The notes beneath the pieces are model-generated. The model was given only the letters and a program-made list of their open reading frames with translations, searched no databases and was not told where the DNA came from. Positions 26,012-37,700 of a stretch of DNA of 64,000 bases are shown in pieces. The position numbers were made by a program, and so were the translations under genes. Source of the DNA: an uncultured bacterium (GTDB taxonomy: Bacteria; UBP14; UBA6098); the NCBI GenBank assembly GCA_964459995.1, contig CAYWOR010000006.1, positions 12,005-76,004 of the forward strand, in the 5' to 3' direction. Position 1 is the first letter of the stretch. Every line of letters begins with the position of its first letter.

Positions 26012-29000
26012 TTATTTGATCATCAGCAATTTCTGCTTAGCGCTCGTTTGGCCGACTTTCAGAACCGCGAAATAGATTCCACTGGGAAGTTCGCGGCTGT
26101 TGTCCGAAAGACCGTCCCAGACGACGCGGTGATAGCCGGCATCGGCCTTGCCGTTGACGAGACTGCGAACAGTTCTGCCGGTGATGTCGAATATCTCCAA
26201 CTTAACATCTGAATCAGCCGGAATCGAGAAAGATATCTCGGTGGCGGCGTTGAAGGGATTCGGTGCGTTCGGGTAGAGCGTCAGCTTATCGGGCAAACTT
26301 CTGTCGAACTTGATCTTGAAAGCATGCGCGCCCGGTGCGAGTTCGACCCCTTCGTTTTCGAGCATATCATAGCTGATATTGTCGATTGTAATCGTAAAGA
26401 TACCCGCGCCTTCAACCGACCATTCGACACATCTCGGTTTGGTCAATACAATAGTGCCGCTCCATTCACCGAGTTTGCCGGGAAGGATTTCGCCGGTCAT
26501 AATGGGCATATCGCCATTGAGATAAATCCTGTCCATCTGGCCGGGAATTGGCGGCGGCAAAGGCTTACTGAGCGGATTTTCAACCATTCTGAATTCGACT
26601 CCAGCACCTCTGTCGTCCGAGAAGAACAAACACCCAGAAGCCAATGGTGCAACTTCCTCATCAACTGCTTCTTTCGGAAGATATATGCTCGATATCTTCG
26701 CAATCGAAGGCCTCAGGTTGAATATCCACTGACCGCGACCGGGAACGAATTGATTCGTCGCGAGATAACGTGCAGAGCCTTCGGTTTCATAATAGAAGAA
26801 GGTGCCGAGCATGAAAGCGTCTGATGGTGTTACCTGCTGGTCGGAGAGGTATGTCCTATGCGCCGGGCTTCCGAACATAACCCAGCCAACCGGAAGACTG
26901 CGTGTGAAGTTGTAAACCGGATTACCCATCCGCACGTAAGCCGTGTCGGTTAACGACAGAACCCAGACAGCTTTTCCGGGGACAACCTCTGTAACCATTT
27001 CATATTCCTGAACCGCATTATTCCATCCGAAAACACTAATAGCCTCAGGGAATAGCGCGGAAGGCGACATCGAAGGCGCGGTTATCGGCGCGCTAACCAA
27101 GTTCCAGCCTCTGGCTAGCTCGATATCCCAGCTATACATCCCGGGGCGACCATCGAAAGTTATCTTCAAAGGCGTTTCGGGAGTTACTTCGATGAAGGAA
27201 TCCGCTGTCATGTCGAGCCAATCGTTGATAAGTAGGCCTTTCCACATCTGACGAGGATCCCAAGACAAATATCCCGGTTCTTCGAAATATGCGAACCATT
27301 CGACAATCTGGCCGGTCGGACGGATATCCGTGCCGAGTTTCTTCCAATCCGAGCTTAGGAACCACGCATCGGCGATACCGAACCATGGCGGAGTATTCAG
27401 AACATCGATACCACGGTCGTAGGCGTTTGTAGAAGCGTCCAGGAGACCCAACCTCAGTGAATCCTGTCTAACCCAGCTCTCATCGAAGTAGCGAAGCATT
27501 CCATACCAGAAGTATCTGATATCCTCACCGACTATAAAGATGCCGGCTTCCGGAACAGGTATCGGCAAGAAATTCATGCCGAAATTAAACAGGAGATCGT
27601 CCACCTCGATACGACAACTGCGTCCGAGAAGGAGATCTGAATTCACGACATACTGAATCTTAATCAACTCGGCGGGGCCGGTTATCGGTGTGGCACCAAT
27701 AAGCCTGACAAGAACCCTATCCGAAGCGATGTTGCGGATAACAAGCGTCCATCCGGCTGGAAGACCGACACCACGTGTAACATTAAGCGGTGAAAGGAAA
27801 GAACCGTCGGCTTTTACCGTAAAGTCGATTGTCGTTATTGCATTCGAGTATGTGTTGCCGAGATAAATCGGAACCTGAATAATATCGCCGGGGTTTGCAA
27901 CTGTTTCCTCAGGCGGATAGACATTCAGATAATGCGCCGGAACTCTCGGTGTAATTTCGAAATCGACCGGAAGAGTGTGATTTGGTGCTACCGGGTCGTT
28001 CGTTCTGAACTGGATTTCCGAAGTGTAAAGACCGACTTCGAGAGTGCAGGCGTCGAAATAAGCCGTGATGGTTCTGCTTGCTCCAGGGGGAACGATTCCC
28101 CAACTATGCGACATCGAAAGCCAGTCGGCATCCTCGTTGAGATACCAAACAGCCGTGCCGGTGCCGTGATTACTAAGTGTAACATCAGCCTGTGTTGTCC
28201 ACGCCTCTTCGAGATCGACGGAGAGAATAGGCGGCGAAATTGTGAATCTCGGCAGTCCGCCTGGTGCACCGAGAACCAGCATACCCAAATCTGAGGCGTC
28301 GAGAAGATCGGAGGCAATAGGCCATTCAAAGACCGTGTCCCCCACCTCGTTGAGTATCTGGAAACCGACTCCGATCGTGTCTCCGGGAAGCGCGCGGAAC
28401 TCTTCTGCAACGCTCATATCGACAAACATTTCGAGGCTGAAATATCCCATCGAAATGGGCTGGAATGCCGCGAAACTGCCTACCGCATATCGCGGTTCTT
28501 CGACTTCGACTGCATTCACCGGATTGAACCACACTACCGGTCCGGTGCTTGGGTCGTAGGTGATCTCATAATAACCTTCTGTCGAGCTGTCCGCATCCCA
28601 AGTTCTGGAATAGTCGTCATCGAAGAAGAAGCGGAAGGTATAGCCTTCATAAAGAGTCATCATCACATCCATACCGATGAACAACATGTTGAGGTCATTC
28701 ATCAGGAGAACCTGTGCATCGGATGCCAATTCCGCTCGAATCGACTGTAGCCAAACGACCTCGTTGATATTGCCGTCAAGGATGGGTTTCACTCCGGTGA
28801 AATAATTGCTATAAAGCTTATCGCCCAGCAATGAAGCTCCGCCGTCTATATTCGAGAAACCGCTGTTGAAATCGGGAGCCGAATAAACAGCCTGAACTTT
28901 GTAGAAATAAAGCCTTCCGGGATCGACCGAATTATCGGCATAGCTGTTATAAACCACCGAATCCGCGATCATGCTGTAGCCAACATCGAAATACTGGCTT

Positions 29001-31669
29001 CTGAATACCCTGTAGTGAGAAAGGTTCACCGGAAGACCGGTCATAACCGCGGGTGGGGCTTCCCACATAAGCGGAATGCATCCGCGGAAACCATCGAGGG
29101 CATTCAAATTTTGCGGCTCGAAAACCGGATGAGTAGTTTTAATGACGACAACATTGAAAGACTGGATAGTCGTGTCTTCTGCATCGTAAGCCGCGATCCT
29201 AATGTTGTATATGCCTTCGACATCGACAGCAAGCCATGAACAATAGCCACTGATATCGACTACCATTCCCACAGGACCGGTCAGAAGTTCGTAATAGACG
29301 ACATCGCCATCAGCGTCTTCAGCAACGGCAAGGTAATTCCATGGGAATCCGTCGAGAATGAGGGTGTCTGCCGGGAATGTTATGAAAACCGGAGGATCGT
29401 TGACCGAAATAACGGTAACGTAAATCGAATCGACCAGAATATCCTCGCCATCTGTTGCGGAGATAATAACCCAACCCTCACCGAAGTAATTCGGCGCGAG
29501 GCTGATATTGACATAGGCAGAATCAACCAATGTCGCAATAATGCCGGCTTCGGTCGAAACCACGGAATACGTTAAGCCGTAGGGAGGATTGAATACGTCC
29601 GCAAGAAGCGGTAGCGCGGTATCAGGATCATCCTCGAACATTAGCAAATCGGGGATGGGATTAACAACTCCCAGTGTCCAGCAACCCGTTGTAGGACTAG
29701 GTATTCCATTTGGGCCGTCGTCGTCGAGCGGCCTAACAGTGAAGAAATACTCGCGTCCCTGGTCGAGACCGGTAACATAATAACTAACCAATGTCCCGGC
29801 AGGAACCGGCGGGATAGTATCGTAAACCGTCGTGAATATGTAGTCCGTCGGATCGAAATCGACATCCGGCTGATATCGGACTTCATAACCCACGCCGACA
29901 GTTCCGATAGAGCCGTCATCACCGGGGGCGGTGAAAACCAGTTCTATAGCAGTAGCGTCGAGATCGCCGCAGGTAAGATCGAGAATGACTCCCGGAGGAA
30001 TTATATCTGTCCACTCATGAGTCCTAATATGAAGAATATTCGATACCGGGCCATCGAGACCTTCGTCGTCCCAGGCTTTGCCGGCAATCCAATAATCTCT
30101 TTCGGGGGTAAGTCCGCCAACTGTCAATGTCTGCATGGTTCCGGCGGGCAAAGGCACAGGAACGCCAGTTGTTATGAGTGCCTGAGCGCCGAATATGTCC
30201 TCGGTGAAAGCAAGTGCAGACCAGCGGAATTCATAGTGATCTGCAGTTCCGACATTGCCATCATCGCCGGGGGCTTCCCAATAGATTGTGAAACTATTCG
30301 GTGTAACTTCTCTCGCGATGAGAGTATCGATAATAAACCGAGCAGGCGGAATAGTATCAACATAGGGGTCTTCCGGTGTTACGAAGTTCACCTTGTTGGA
30401 AACATCGGATTCGTTCGGAACTTCGTCTTGGGTAACCATAGCCGCCCAATATTCGGTTCCGGGGGTAAGACCCTCAATCCAAACCGATTGATCCGATCCG
30501 TTGACAAGCGGCGCGGGCATTCCGGCCACGAAGAAACTCGGCGGCCAGATGAAATCGAAGAAATCGTAACCCATTATATAAGTCGTGGCGGTGCCGATAT
30601 TGCCGTCATCGCCGGGGGAAGTCCATCTTAGATGCGCTCTTGTCGGCTGAACTTCGAGAACTTCGAGGTCTTCGATAGCCGCCGGCGGAATTGTATCCGG
30701 CACCGGGGGTATGTCATTCGTGTCGATCTCGAAAACTGCGTCGCTCATGTCCACAACCAAAGGATTTGCTTCGTCGCGAATACGCATGCGGCAATTTGCC
30801 GAAAGTGGCTCGGTAACTGTCCAGTTATGGGTTCCTCTCGCACCGAGTCCGCCTTGAATCAATTCCCAAGTCGCGCCGTTATTTCTGGAAAGATGAAGTT
30901 CGACAGTGCCAACCGGACCGGTCGCAGTCCATGCGATAGCCTCGACATCGCCAACGATAAACCTTTCGCCGCCGTTGGGATAATCGAGATGCAATCCCGG
31001 AGCTTGACCAATCGAGCTGAAACCGTCGGAATTATCGAATAAAGCCGGTGTTGCAACCTCGGAAACCTTGAATAACACAAGATTCGAAGTGATATGCGGA
31101 GCGCTCCAGTTATATGCGCCGTCATTGTCGGTCGAGAAAACTATTGGGAACCAATCTCCTCCAGCATTCGGAGAATACTCGAGTTTAACATTGCCGACAG
31201 TGCCCACGGAGGTCCATGTAATATTGATTACATCGTCCCAGAAGTAATGATTTCCGCCGTTTGGGGTAAGAAGAGTAATTGTCCGAACCTCTGGTGTCCC
31301 GGGAATCATAACGAAAGGACCCCAATATTCTTCTGCGCCGGGAAGGGTAACTGTTCCCGATATAGTCAAGGTTTCCTCAGAGCAGATGTCGTGGAAACGG
31401 ATGTTCAGCTCCTGCCCATTTTCGGAGGGCGTGGGGAAGCTTCCAATGTTTACAAACCAGAGGGTATCCATATATCCGCAACCGTCTGAGTCCTGCGTGA
31501 GAATTTCACCCGGCCTCACGGTCATCCATGCCTCGAATTGGATACAGCCTTCCGGCGGGTTTCCCCCACCCGAATTCTGCAAAGACCCTAATACAACGTG
31601 TGGTTGCGCAAGGGTCAAAGTCGAAAAAGCAAGTATAATCCAGAGAACAAGAGAAGCTTTTTTCAACAT
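26012..31669 (-). CDS. Giant modular secreted protein (1885 aa), T9SS cargo
   Basis: AAGGAGG Shine-Dalgarno sequence and a signal peptide. Domain order: shared N-terminal module; two Ig-like modules (..ITWTSVGTVGNVKLEYSPNAGGDW..); three Fn3-like PGDDG repeats; He_PIG/cadherin-like (SVNDPPVF..AEDADGDVVYYELLTGP); Fn3; CBM9-like (PILDGNINEVVW); cohesin-like module; GWNLVSAP module; CTD LYPNAPNPFNAATEISFSIPADSDVKLEIFDITGRTV..WDGLSDNSRELPSGIYFAVL..LLMIK. Confidence 0.85.
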   Translation of the reverse strand: MLKKASLVLWIILAFSTLTLAQPHVVLGSLQNSGGGNPPEGCIQFEAWMTVRPGEILTQDSDGCGYMDTLWFVNIGSFPTPSENGQELNIRFHDICSEETLTISGTVTLPGAEEYWGPFVMIPGTPEVRTITLLTPNGGNHYFWDDVINITWTSVGTVGNVKLEYSPNAGGDWFPIVFSTDNDGAYNWSAPHITSNLVLFKVSEVATPALFDNSDGFSSIGQAPGLHLDYPNGGERFIVGDVEAIAWTATGPVGTVELHLSRNNGATWELIQGGLGARGTHNWTVTEPLSANCRMRIRDEANPLVVDMSDAVFEIDTNDIPPVPDTIPPAAIEDLEVLEVQPTRAHLRWTSPGDDGNIGTATTYIMGYDFFDFIWPPSFFVAGMPAPLVNGSDQSVWIEGLTPGTEYWAAMVTQDEVPNESDVSNKVNFVTPEDPYVDTIPPARFIIDTLIAREVTPNSFTIYWEAPGDDGNVGTADHYEFRWSALAFTEDIFGAQALITTGVPVPLPAGTMQTLTVGGLTPERDYWIAGKAWDDEGLDGPVSNILHIRTHEWTDIIPPGVILDLTCGDLDATAIELVFTAPGDDGSIGTVGVGYEVRYQPDVDFDPTDYIFTTVYDTIPPVPAGTLVSYYVTGLDQGREYFFTVRPLDDDGPNGIPSPTTGCWTLGVVNPIPDLLMFEDDPDTALPLLADVFNPPYGLTYSVVSTEAGIIATLVDSAYVNISLAPNYFGEGWVIISATDGEDILVDSIYVTVISVNDPPVFITFPADTLILDGFPWNYLAVAEDADGDVVYYELLTGPVGMVVDISGYCSWLAVDVEGIYNIRIAAYDAEDTTIQSFNVVVIKTTHPVFEPQNLNALDGFRGCIPLMWEAPPAVMTGLPVNLSHYRVFRSQYFDVGYSMIADSVVYNSYADNSVDPGRLYFYKVQAVYSAPDFNSGFSNIDGGASLLGDKLYSNYFTGVKPILDGNINEVVWLQSIRAELASDAQVLLMNDLNMLFIGMDVMMTLYEGYTFRFFFDDDYSRTWDADSSTEGYYEITYDPSTGPVVWFNPVNAVEVEEPRYAVGSFAAFQPISMGYFSLEMFVDMSVAEEFRALPGDTIGVGFQILNEVGDTVFEWPIASDLLDASDLGMLVLGAPGGLPRFTISPPILSVDLEEAWTTQADVTLSNHGTGTAVWYLNEDADWLSMSHSWGIVPPGASRTITAYFDACTLEVGLYTSEIQFRTNDPVAPNHTLPVDFEITPRVPAHYLNVYPPEETVANPGDIIQVPIYLGNTYSNAITTIDFTVKADGSFLSPLNVTRGVGLPAGWTLVIRNIASDRVLVRLIGATPITGPAELIKIQYVVNSDLLLGRSCRIEVDDLLFNFGMNFLPIPVPEAGIFIVGEDIRYFWYGMLRYFDESWVRQDSLRLGLLDASTNAYDRGIDVLNTPPWFGIADAWFLSSDWKKLGTDIRPTGQIVEWFAYFEEPGYLSWDPRQMWKGLLINDWLDMTADSFIEVTPETPLKITFDGRPGMYSWDIELARGWNLVSAPITAPSMSPSALFPEAISVFGWNNAVQEYEMVTEVVPGKAVWVLSLTDTAYVRMGNPVYNFTRSLPVGWVMFGSPAHRTYLSDQQVTPSDAFMLGTFFYYETEGSARYLATNQFVPGRGQWIFNLRPSIAKISSIYLPKEAVDEEVAPLASGCLFFSDDRGAGVEFRMVENPLSKPLPPPIPGQMDRIYLNGDMPIMTGEILPGKLGEWSGTIVLTKPRCVEWSVEGAGIFTITIDNISYDMLENEGVELAPGAHAFKIKFDRSLPDKLTLYPNAPNPFNAATEISFSIPADSDVKLEIFDITGRTVRSLVNGKADAGYHRVVWDGLSDNSRELPSGIYFAVLKVGQTSAKQKLLMIK
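29675..30697 (-). repeat. Three tandem Fn3-like coding repeats (D-x-IPP ... W-x-APGDDG-x-x-GT) inside the 1885-aa gene
   Basis: The three copies are DTIPPAAIEDLEVLEVQPTRAHLRWTSPGDDGNIGTATTY, DTIPPARFIIDTLIAREVTPNSFTIYWEAPGDDGNVGTADHY and DIIPPGVILDLTCGDLDATAIELVFTAPGDDGSIGTVGVGY. Coordinates were converted from hand-counted residue numbers and are approximate. Confidence 0.55.
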
Positions 31670-31710
31670 AACATCCTCCTTGGATATAACATTTGACTAA
31701 AAAACATCTT

Positions 31711-31745
31711 CAAAAATAGAGAGCCCCGCCGTTTAGACGGGGCTC
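31711..31745 (-). terminator. Hairpin plus U-rich tract between the 2344-aa and 1885-aa genes
   Basis: The minus-strand RNA reads GAGCCCCG-ucuaaacgg-CGGGGCUC-UCUAUUUUUGAAGAUG. Confidence 0.55.
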
Positions 31746-31753
31746 GGAAATAG

Positions 31754-34700
31754 TTATTTGATGAGAAGCATGCGGCGGTTGGCCACATCGTCCCCGGCTT
31801 TTATGCGGTAGAAATAAATACCGCTGGGGACTTCCCTTCCTGATTCATCTTTGCCGTCCCAGGTAACCCTGTAGCTACCGGCGGTCATCTCGTCGTTTAC
31901 GAGCATGTTGACCCTTCTTCCGAGAAGGTCATAAACCTCCAGCTGAACATCGGCTTTCGCGGGAATATCGAAAGTGATGGCGGTTGTCGGGTTGAAGGGG
32001 TTCGGCGCGTTCTGATACAAAGCGAAACGCTTGGGTAGAATTCCGAAACTGAGCTTGTAAACACCCGGGAAAATTTGATCTGAGGCGGAAATCGGCTCGT
32101 TATCGAGATAGATCATCACGCCTTCGGGAAGATTGGCTACGGAAATCTTAGCCGGACGGTTTATCGAGAGGTGGCAATTCACATCTTCCGCGAAAAGCGC
32201 TTCGGAAACCGACCAACCATCAACCGCGAGGAAAGCACCGCGTGACATTCCACCAATCATCGGGGGGATGGGCGATATATGAGCGATATTTGCCTTGCCA
32301 ACACCGAGAATCTCGACATCTCCACCGAAATCCAACCTTATCTCAGCCTTGAACTCTTCGCGTGGAAGCACCGCTTTGTAGCCAGCAACTCCGGGCACGC
32401 TGAGAAGAGCGGCCAGATTAGAAGCTACGAAATAACCTCTGCCCGGAATCAGCTCATTACTGGAGATATAATTCGCCGAAAGCGCGTCATACCAGAAGGC
32501 ATGATCCGGCGCACCGAATATTGCCCCCGGAGGATTTGTGGTTGGCGACGAGAAATTAATTCTATTGTAGGCTGAGCCGATAAGGTTCCATCCGCGGAAG
32601 AGGTTATATGTGTAACCTTCCACTGGTTTACCCCAGAGCCTGTAGTGGCTTTCGACATAGCTGAGAACAACATAACCGATTCCCGGTTCTATCGTTGTCG
32701 CCGCTACCCAGGATTGAATCTGTGAATCGAAGTAGTAGAACTGCTCGCCAGTGGGGAATATCTCGCGCGGAGTATTGCCTCTGCCGATCGGAATAATCGG
32801 CAACGAAACCATATTCCAACCCGGATAGAGATAGAAATCGAAGGGTCCCTCACCGGTTCTGCGATAGACGATTTCGAGTGTCTCGTTCGGTTCGTAGAAA
32901 TAAACCGTCGAAGTTTTCATGTCGATATCGCCGTTGAGGAAGAGGCTTCCCATAACCGCGAGGGTATCTTCATCGCGGAAACTCCATTCGACCTTGCCCG
33001 CTGAATCACCGACAGGGATAAACCACATAACTTCGTCGTCATAGGCGCTTCTGATGTCGCCGTCGAGACGCGGATTGTCAGGATCGAGAAGTGCTACATC
33101 ACTGAAGGGGTTCAACCATGATCCCGGCGGGACGTTCAGCTGGTCGAGGCCGAGGTCGTAGAGATCTGTTCCGAGCGGATTTACACCGAAATAGAGTCTC
33201 TTCTCGTTGAATCCGTGGGTGAATCTGAGCCAAACAGCCCAATCCATTTCGCCGGCTTCAACCATAACCCTGCCATCGACAGTGGCAATCTCTTCGACAT
33301 AAGAGTCTTCATTGTAGCTAACATCCGAGATAACGATATTGCTTATCGAGGATATCGCCGCAAGCTCCGCAACCACAAACTCGATCTCGCAGAGGATTCC
33401 ATCGGGAATCACGAAATCGGTTGTGATTTGGAAGGTGATATGATCGAGATCGTAATCCGTAACGAGGATGTCATGCGCGCAATGGATAACATCGGGCGAG
33501 ATAACAGCTTCGTTTGTGGAAACCGTCATCGAGATTGTGCGAACACCTGCCTCCGCCGCGCCGTTTACGGTTAGCGGAAGGGTAATTCTCTGTCCCGGCT
33601 GAACTCTCTGAAGTTCCTCGGGGAAAGCCAGCGTTACGAGATTATAAGAGGGTGCGCGCACATGAAGCAGACATGGCACCGTAATAACCGGTCTTCTCGG
33701 GTCAGTCGAAGTCGCGATGATAAATCCGCGATAGTCGCCTTCGGTGAGGTGAGTCGCATCGAAAGTAAGAACCGCATCATCGGTTTCGTGGCTCGAAAGA
33801 GTGCCGGAAGTCGGCGAGACAGATAGCCATGGGATATCGTCGAGTGCGACAAGGTAGTAAAGCTCGTTAATGAGTAATTCGAGCCCATCCGCCATGCCGT
33901 TGCCGTTTTCATCCCTACTATCGCTCATCACGAAGCTATTGAGGATGAGGTTTTCATCCACAGATAACGTAATTGCGCCATTTGCGGGATATGGGAATTC
34001 GTCGAAACTCGCGAGAACCGTTCCAGAGGTCGCGAGAATTGCATCGCCGTAATCGGGGAAGGTCTCTTCAACAGTCTCGACAGAGAAAGGCACCGCGAGC
34101 GGAGTGTTGAAAATCGGATGCTCCGGACGATCCCATGTAAGCGCGCTTGGCGTACTACCGAGATCGGCGAAAATCTCCATTCCGACATAGGGCCAAATTG
34201 TATGGCTCGCTCTCGATTCGAGATCCGGGCAGGTGATAATAGCCTTGCCGCCATCTCTGAGGAAAGCCTGAATCATTGCCAACTCAGCCGCGGTAAGAGC
34301 GTCGTTAAGTGTAACAACGACAGCGTCGTAACCAACTGTGGAAATAGCTTCGAGGAAATCGGCAGTAGTGGTTACAACATCATAGGGATAACCGAGGAAG
34401 TTAAGAGCATCCGCGCCCAAAGTCAGATCGCTCGTATAAAGAAGTATCGGCGCATGGGCATCACGAGTAACTCCGGCCCAAATCGGCAGATAAGACTCGT
34501 AAAGGTCATAATCGATTCGGCCGTTGCCAAGGTTCGAGACCCACATAGGACGTGTGCCGATGTGACCTTCGAGGAGAGTAACCTCGTAGAAATTCCTCCA
34601 AACGGAGAAATTCGGACCGCCGACACCAACGCCGAGCATCAAACCGCCGAAAGATTCCGGATCGGTTGCATCGGTGGACAATAGCCATTCGCGTGTCCAG

Positions 34701-37700
34701 CTAAGCAATCCGGCATCCCATGCCGCGAATCTGAAGCCGATGATATTGCCCATCGCGCTGTTAATTGCGGCGAGAACAGACGGATCGTTGTTAATCTCGA
34801 TAGCAAGTTCATAGACGACAGGGTCGCCATCGCCGCCGGCAACCGCACCCTCGACCTGAGGATAGGGGCCGCGTTCATCCCTGCCAATGGAACCGGGGTA
34901 AGTTCCCCAAATCCCCTGGAAAGTAGCTTCGGAGCCGAAATCGGTAAGAGCTTTGACACGATATTCGCCTTCGTTGCTTCCGCCAAATGCCGGCCAGCGG
35001 AGATTGCGATTATCATCTATCTCGACATAGAAAGCGTCGTCGGGGTCAAGCGAATTGTCGTGGCCATCGATGAAGGCCAAATAAAGCATGTCCTCTGTAT
35101 TCTTGATATAAAGGGTCTGCGGACCAACCGTGAATTCGGTCGCATCGGCCCATTCGTTTTCGTCTATGACACCGTCGATTATCGGCAAAGCATCATATGT
35201 AAAGGCCGAATAAAGCATATTGGAGTTGATTGTGCCGGGTGTGGCGTAATCGATATTCGACCACCTGCTCGTGCCCTCTTCATAGATTGCACGAACACGA
35301 TAGTAATACATCGTCCCGCCAGAAACCGCCGCATCGACAAATCCCGCGCCGGGAGTAGTTCCCATTAGGGTCCAGTCGGTCATGTCGTTCGAACGGTAAA
35401 CCTCATAATTCATGAAGTTAAGCGGCAATCTCAAACCAGTGCCGAATAGCGCTGGCGGAAGCCAATTCATCGGGATGCTGAGGACATAGCCGCTAAGTGC
35501 ATCGAGTTCGCGCGGGGCGAAAAGCTCGTGCCCCATAGGATACACATGCAGATTGAAAAGCACCGGAGTAACTGCGTCGCCGTCGGCAACAAGGATGCTT
35601 ATCGGGTGGACACCGAGAGTCTCGACATCGTCGAAATCGACCCAAGAAATATCGCCGGTAAGCGAATCGAGACGAATCTGCGCGGGGCCGTCGATTAAGC
35701 GCCAGATAAGACGGTCGGCATCGGGGTCGGTGGCACGGATTGTTGTTCTCCAATTGACGCCGTAAACCACGATTGTCTCCTCGACCGCAGAAACGATAGG
35801 CGGTGTATTCCTTATAATAACACTATAATCTATGTCAGCGATTCCGCCCATGCCGTCATCGGCGGTAACCACACAGGTCCACTCCTGATGTTTCCGTGTG
35901 CGGAAAGCCGGCACGAAATCCATCGCCCAGTCGATAAGTTCGCCATCGACAAACCAGGCGAAAGCTAAATCGACAATATCGCCATCGGCATCATCTACAC
36001 CGACTACGACATCGAGAAGATCGGTGGTGAAAGGCGGATTCGGCTGGATGAACATCTCGGTGAATTGAGGCGGAGCATTGAGTATTTCGACCTCGTCGGA
36101 AACCATGAAATCACTCGCGTCGTCGTCATCGGTAACCGTAACCTCGAAATGAACGACATCACCGCGGTTGAAATGCGTGCCGTCGAGTATGAAAGGATCA
36201 ACCGGAGCCGGCTCGACTTCGACACCATTGACGAACCAGATAATGCTACTCACAAGCTCGTCACCGTCAATATCGCCTGCTCTTACTACCGCAACCAATT
36301 GCGCGAGTTTGTTGAACCACCCCTCGGGGTCGGATTCTATATGCGCAGTGGCAATAACCGGAGCGGTATTGATTATCTCGACCTGATCCGAGTTAACCGG
36401 AAGACCGTATTCCCAGCCGTCGAAGGGAATAACTTCGCACCAGATTAAATCGCCTTTGCGGAAATAATCGCCGTCGATTTCATCCGATGTCGCGCCTTCG
36501 ATAGCACCGTCAAGATTGAACCATTGATATAGGAAGCTCACAGGGTCGTCGTCATCGTCGGCACCCTCGGCAAAAACCTGAACGATATCTGCTTCGGTGG
36601 CGGTCGGGAAAGGTTCTATGCCTATCTCGGTTATATACGGCACGGTATTACCCTGAACTGGCCCCGGACGGGGGGTTTCCTCGCCGAAAGCCTCGTTGCC
36701 GTCGATATCGAAGCCGGTGAAATAATATGTATGATCCCCGAAAGGCAATGTAGTTTCGAGATAGAAATCATAACCGTCGGTGAAAACTTCATCCTCAGGA
36801 TCGACCGGCAACATCGCGAAATCTTCGCTGTCGATATTTACCCAAATATCATTCGGGGCGATATTGCGTGCGGAGGTATAGGTAACCTCGTAGCGGAAAA
36901 TCTCAGTCGGAGCACCGGAAATCGGAACAACCGCTCCGTCGGACAATACCGGCCAATCGATGAAAATCTCGACCGAAACATCATCGCCGTCGCCGTCGCC
37001 GTCATTGGCATAAACCCTTACGGTAACAACATCGCCCGGATTTGTCTCATCTGCCGGAAGCACAGGAGAATCGTCGCCGACAACTTCGCCGCCTATCGAC
37101 CACTCGAAGTGATATATAAGCTCGTCGCCGTCAGGATCATAGGCCTCGATCTCGATGGAGACAACGATGTCGTCCATGTCGTAAACCGGCATCGGGAAAT
37201 AGGAGATTCCCGGAGCATCCGGAAGAGCGTTTCCTATAACGACGGTTTCTGTAGCGATACCTTCACCCTCATCGAATCCGTCGAAGGGAATTATCACGCA
37301 GAAAACCTCGTCGCCCTTGTCGAAATACTCGCCGTCGAGTTCGCTACCATCATGGGCAACGTAAATATCGTTGACGAACCACTCATAGCGGTAATCCTCG
37401 GGGTCACCGTCGGCATCGGACCATCCGCCGGGAATGGCGGTGAGAGTTGATCTCTCGGTTGCGGGTTCGGGATCGACCAATAAATCGGCGGTCTCGATTA
37501 CCGGAACATTATTCCCCACTGTGGGACCTTCATGCACGATAACATCGCCAACGGCAGGATGGCCGAGAATGTCAACAGCACTGAACTGGAAGGTGTGCTC
37601 GCCAAGCCCGAGTGTTGTAGTATATTGGAATTCCGCACCTGCGATATAGTCGCGAGTAAAGACTTCGGACATCTCGATTAGATCGCCGCCGTCGATGCTG

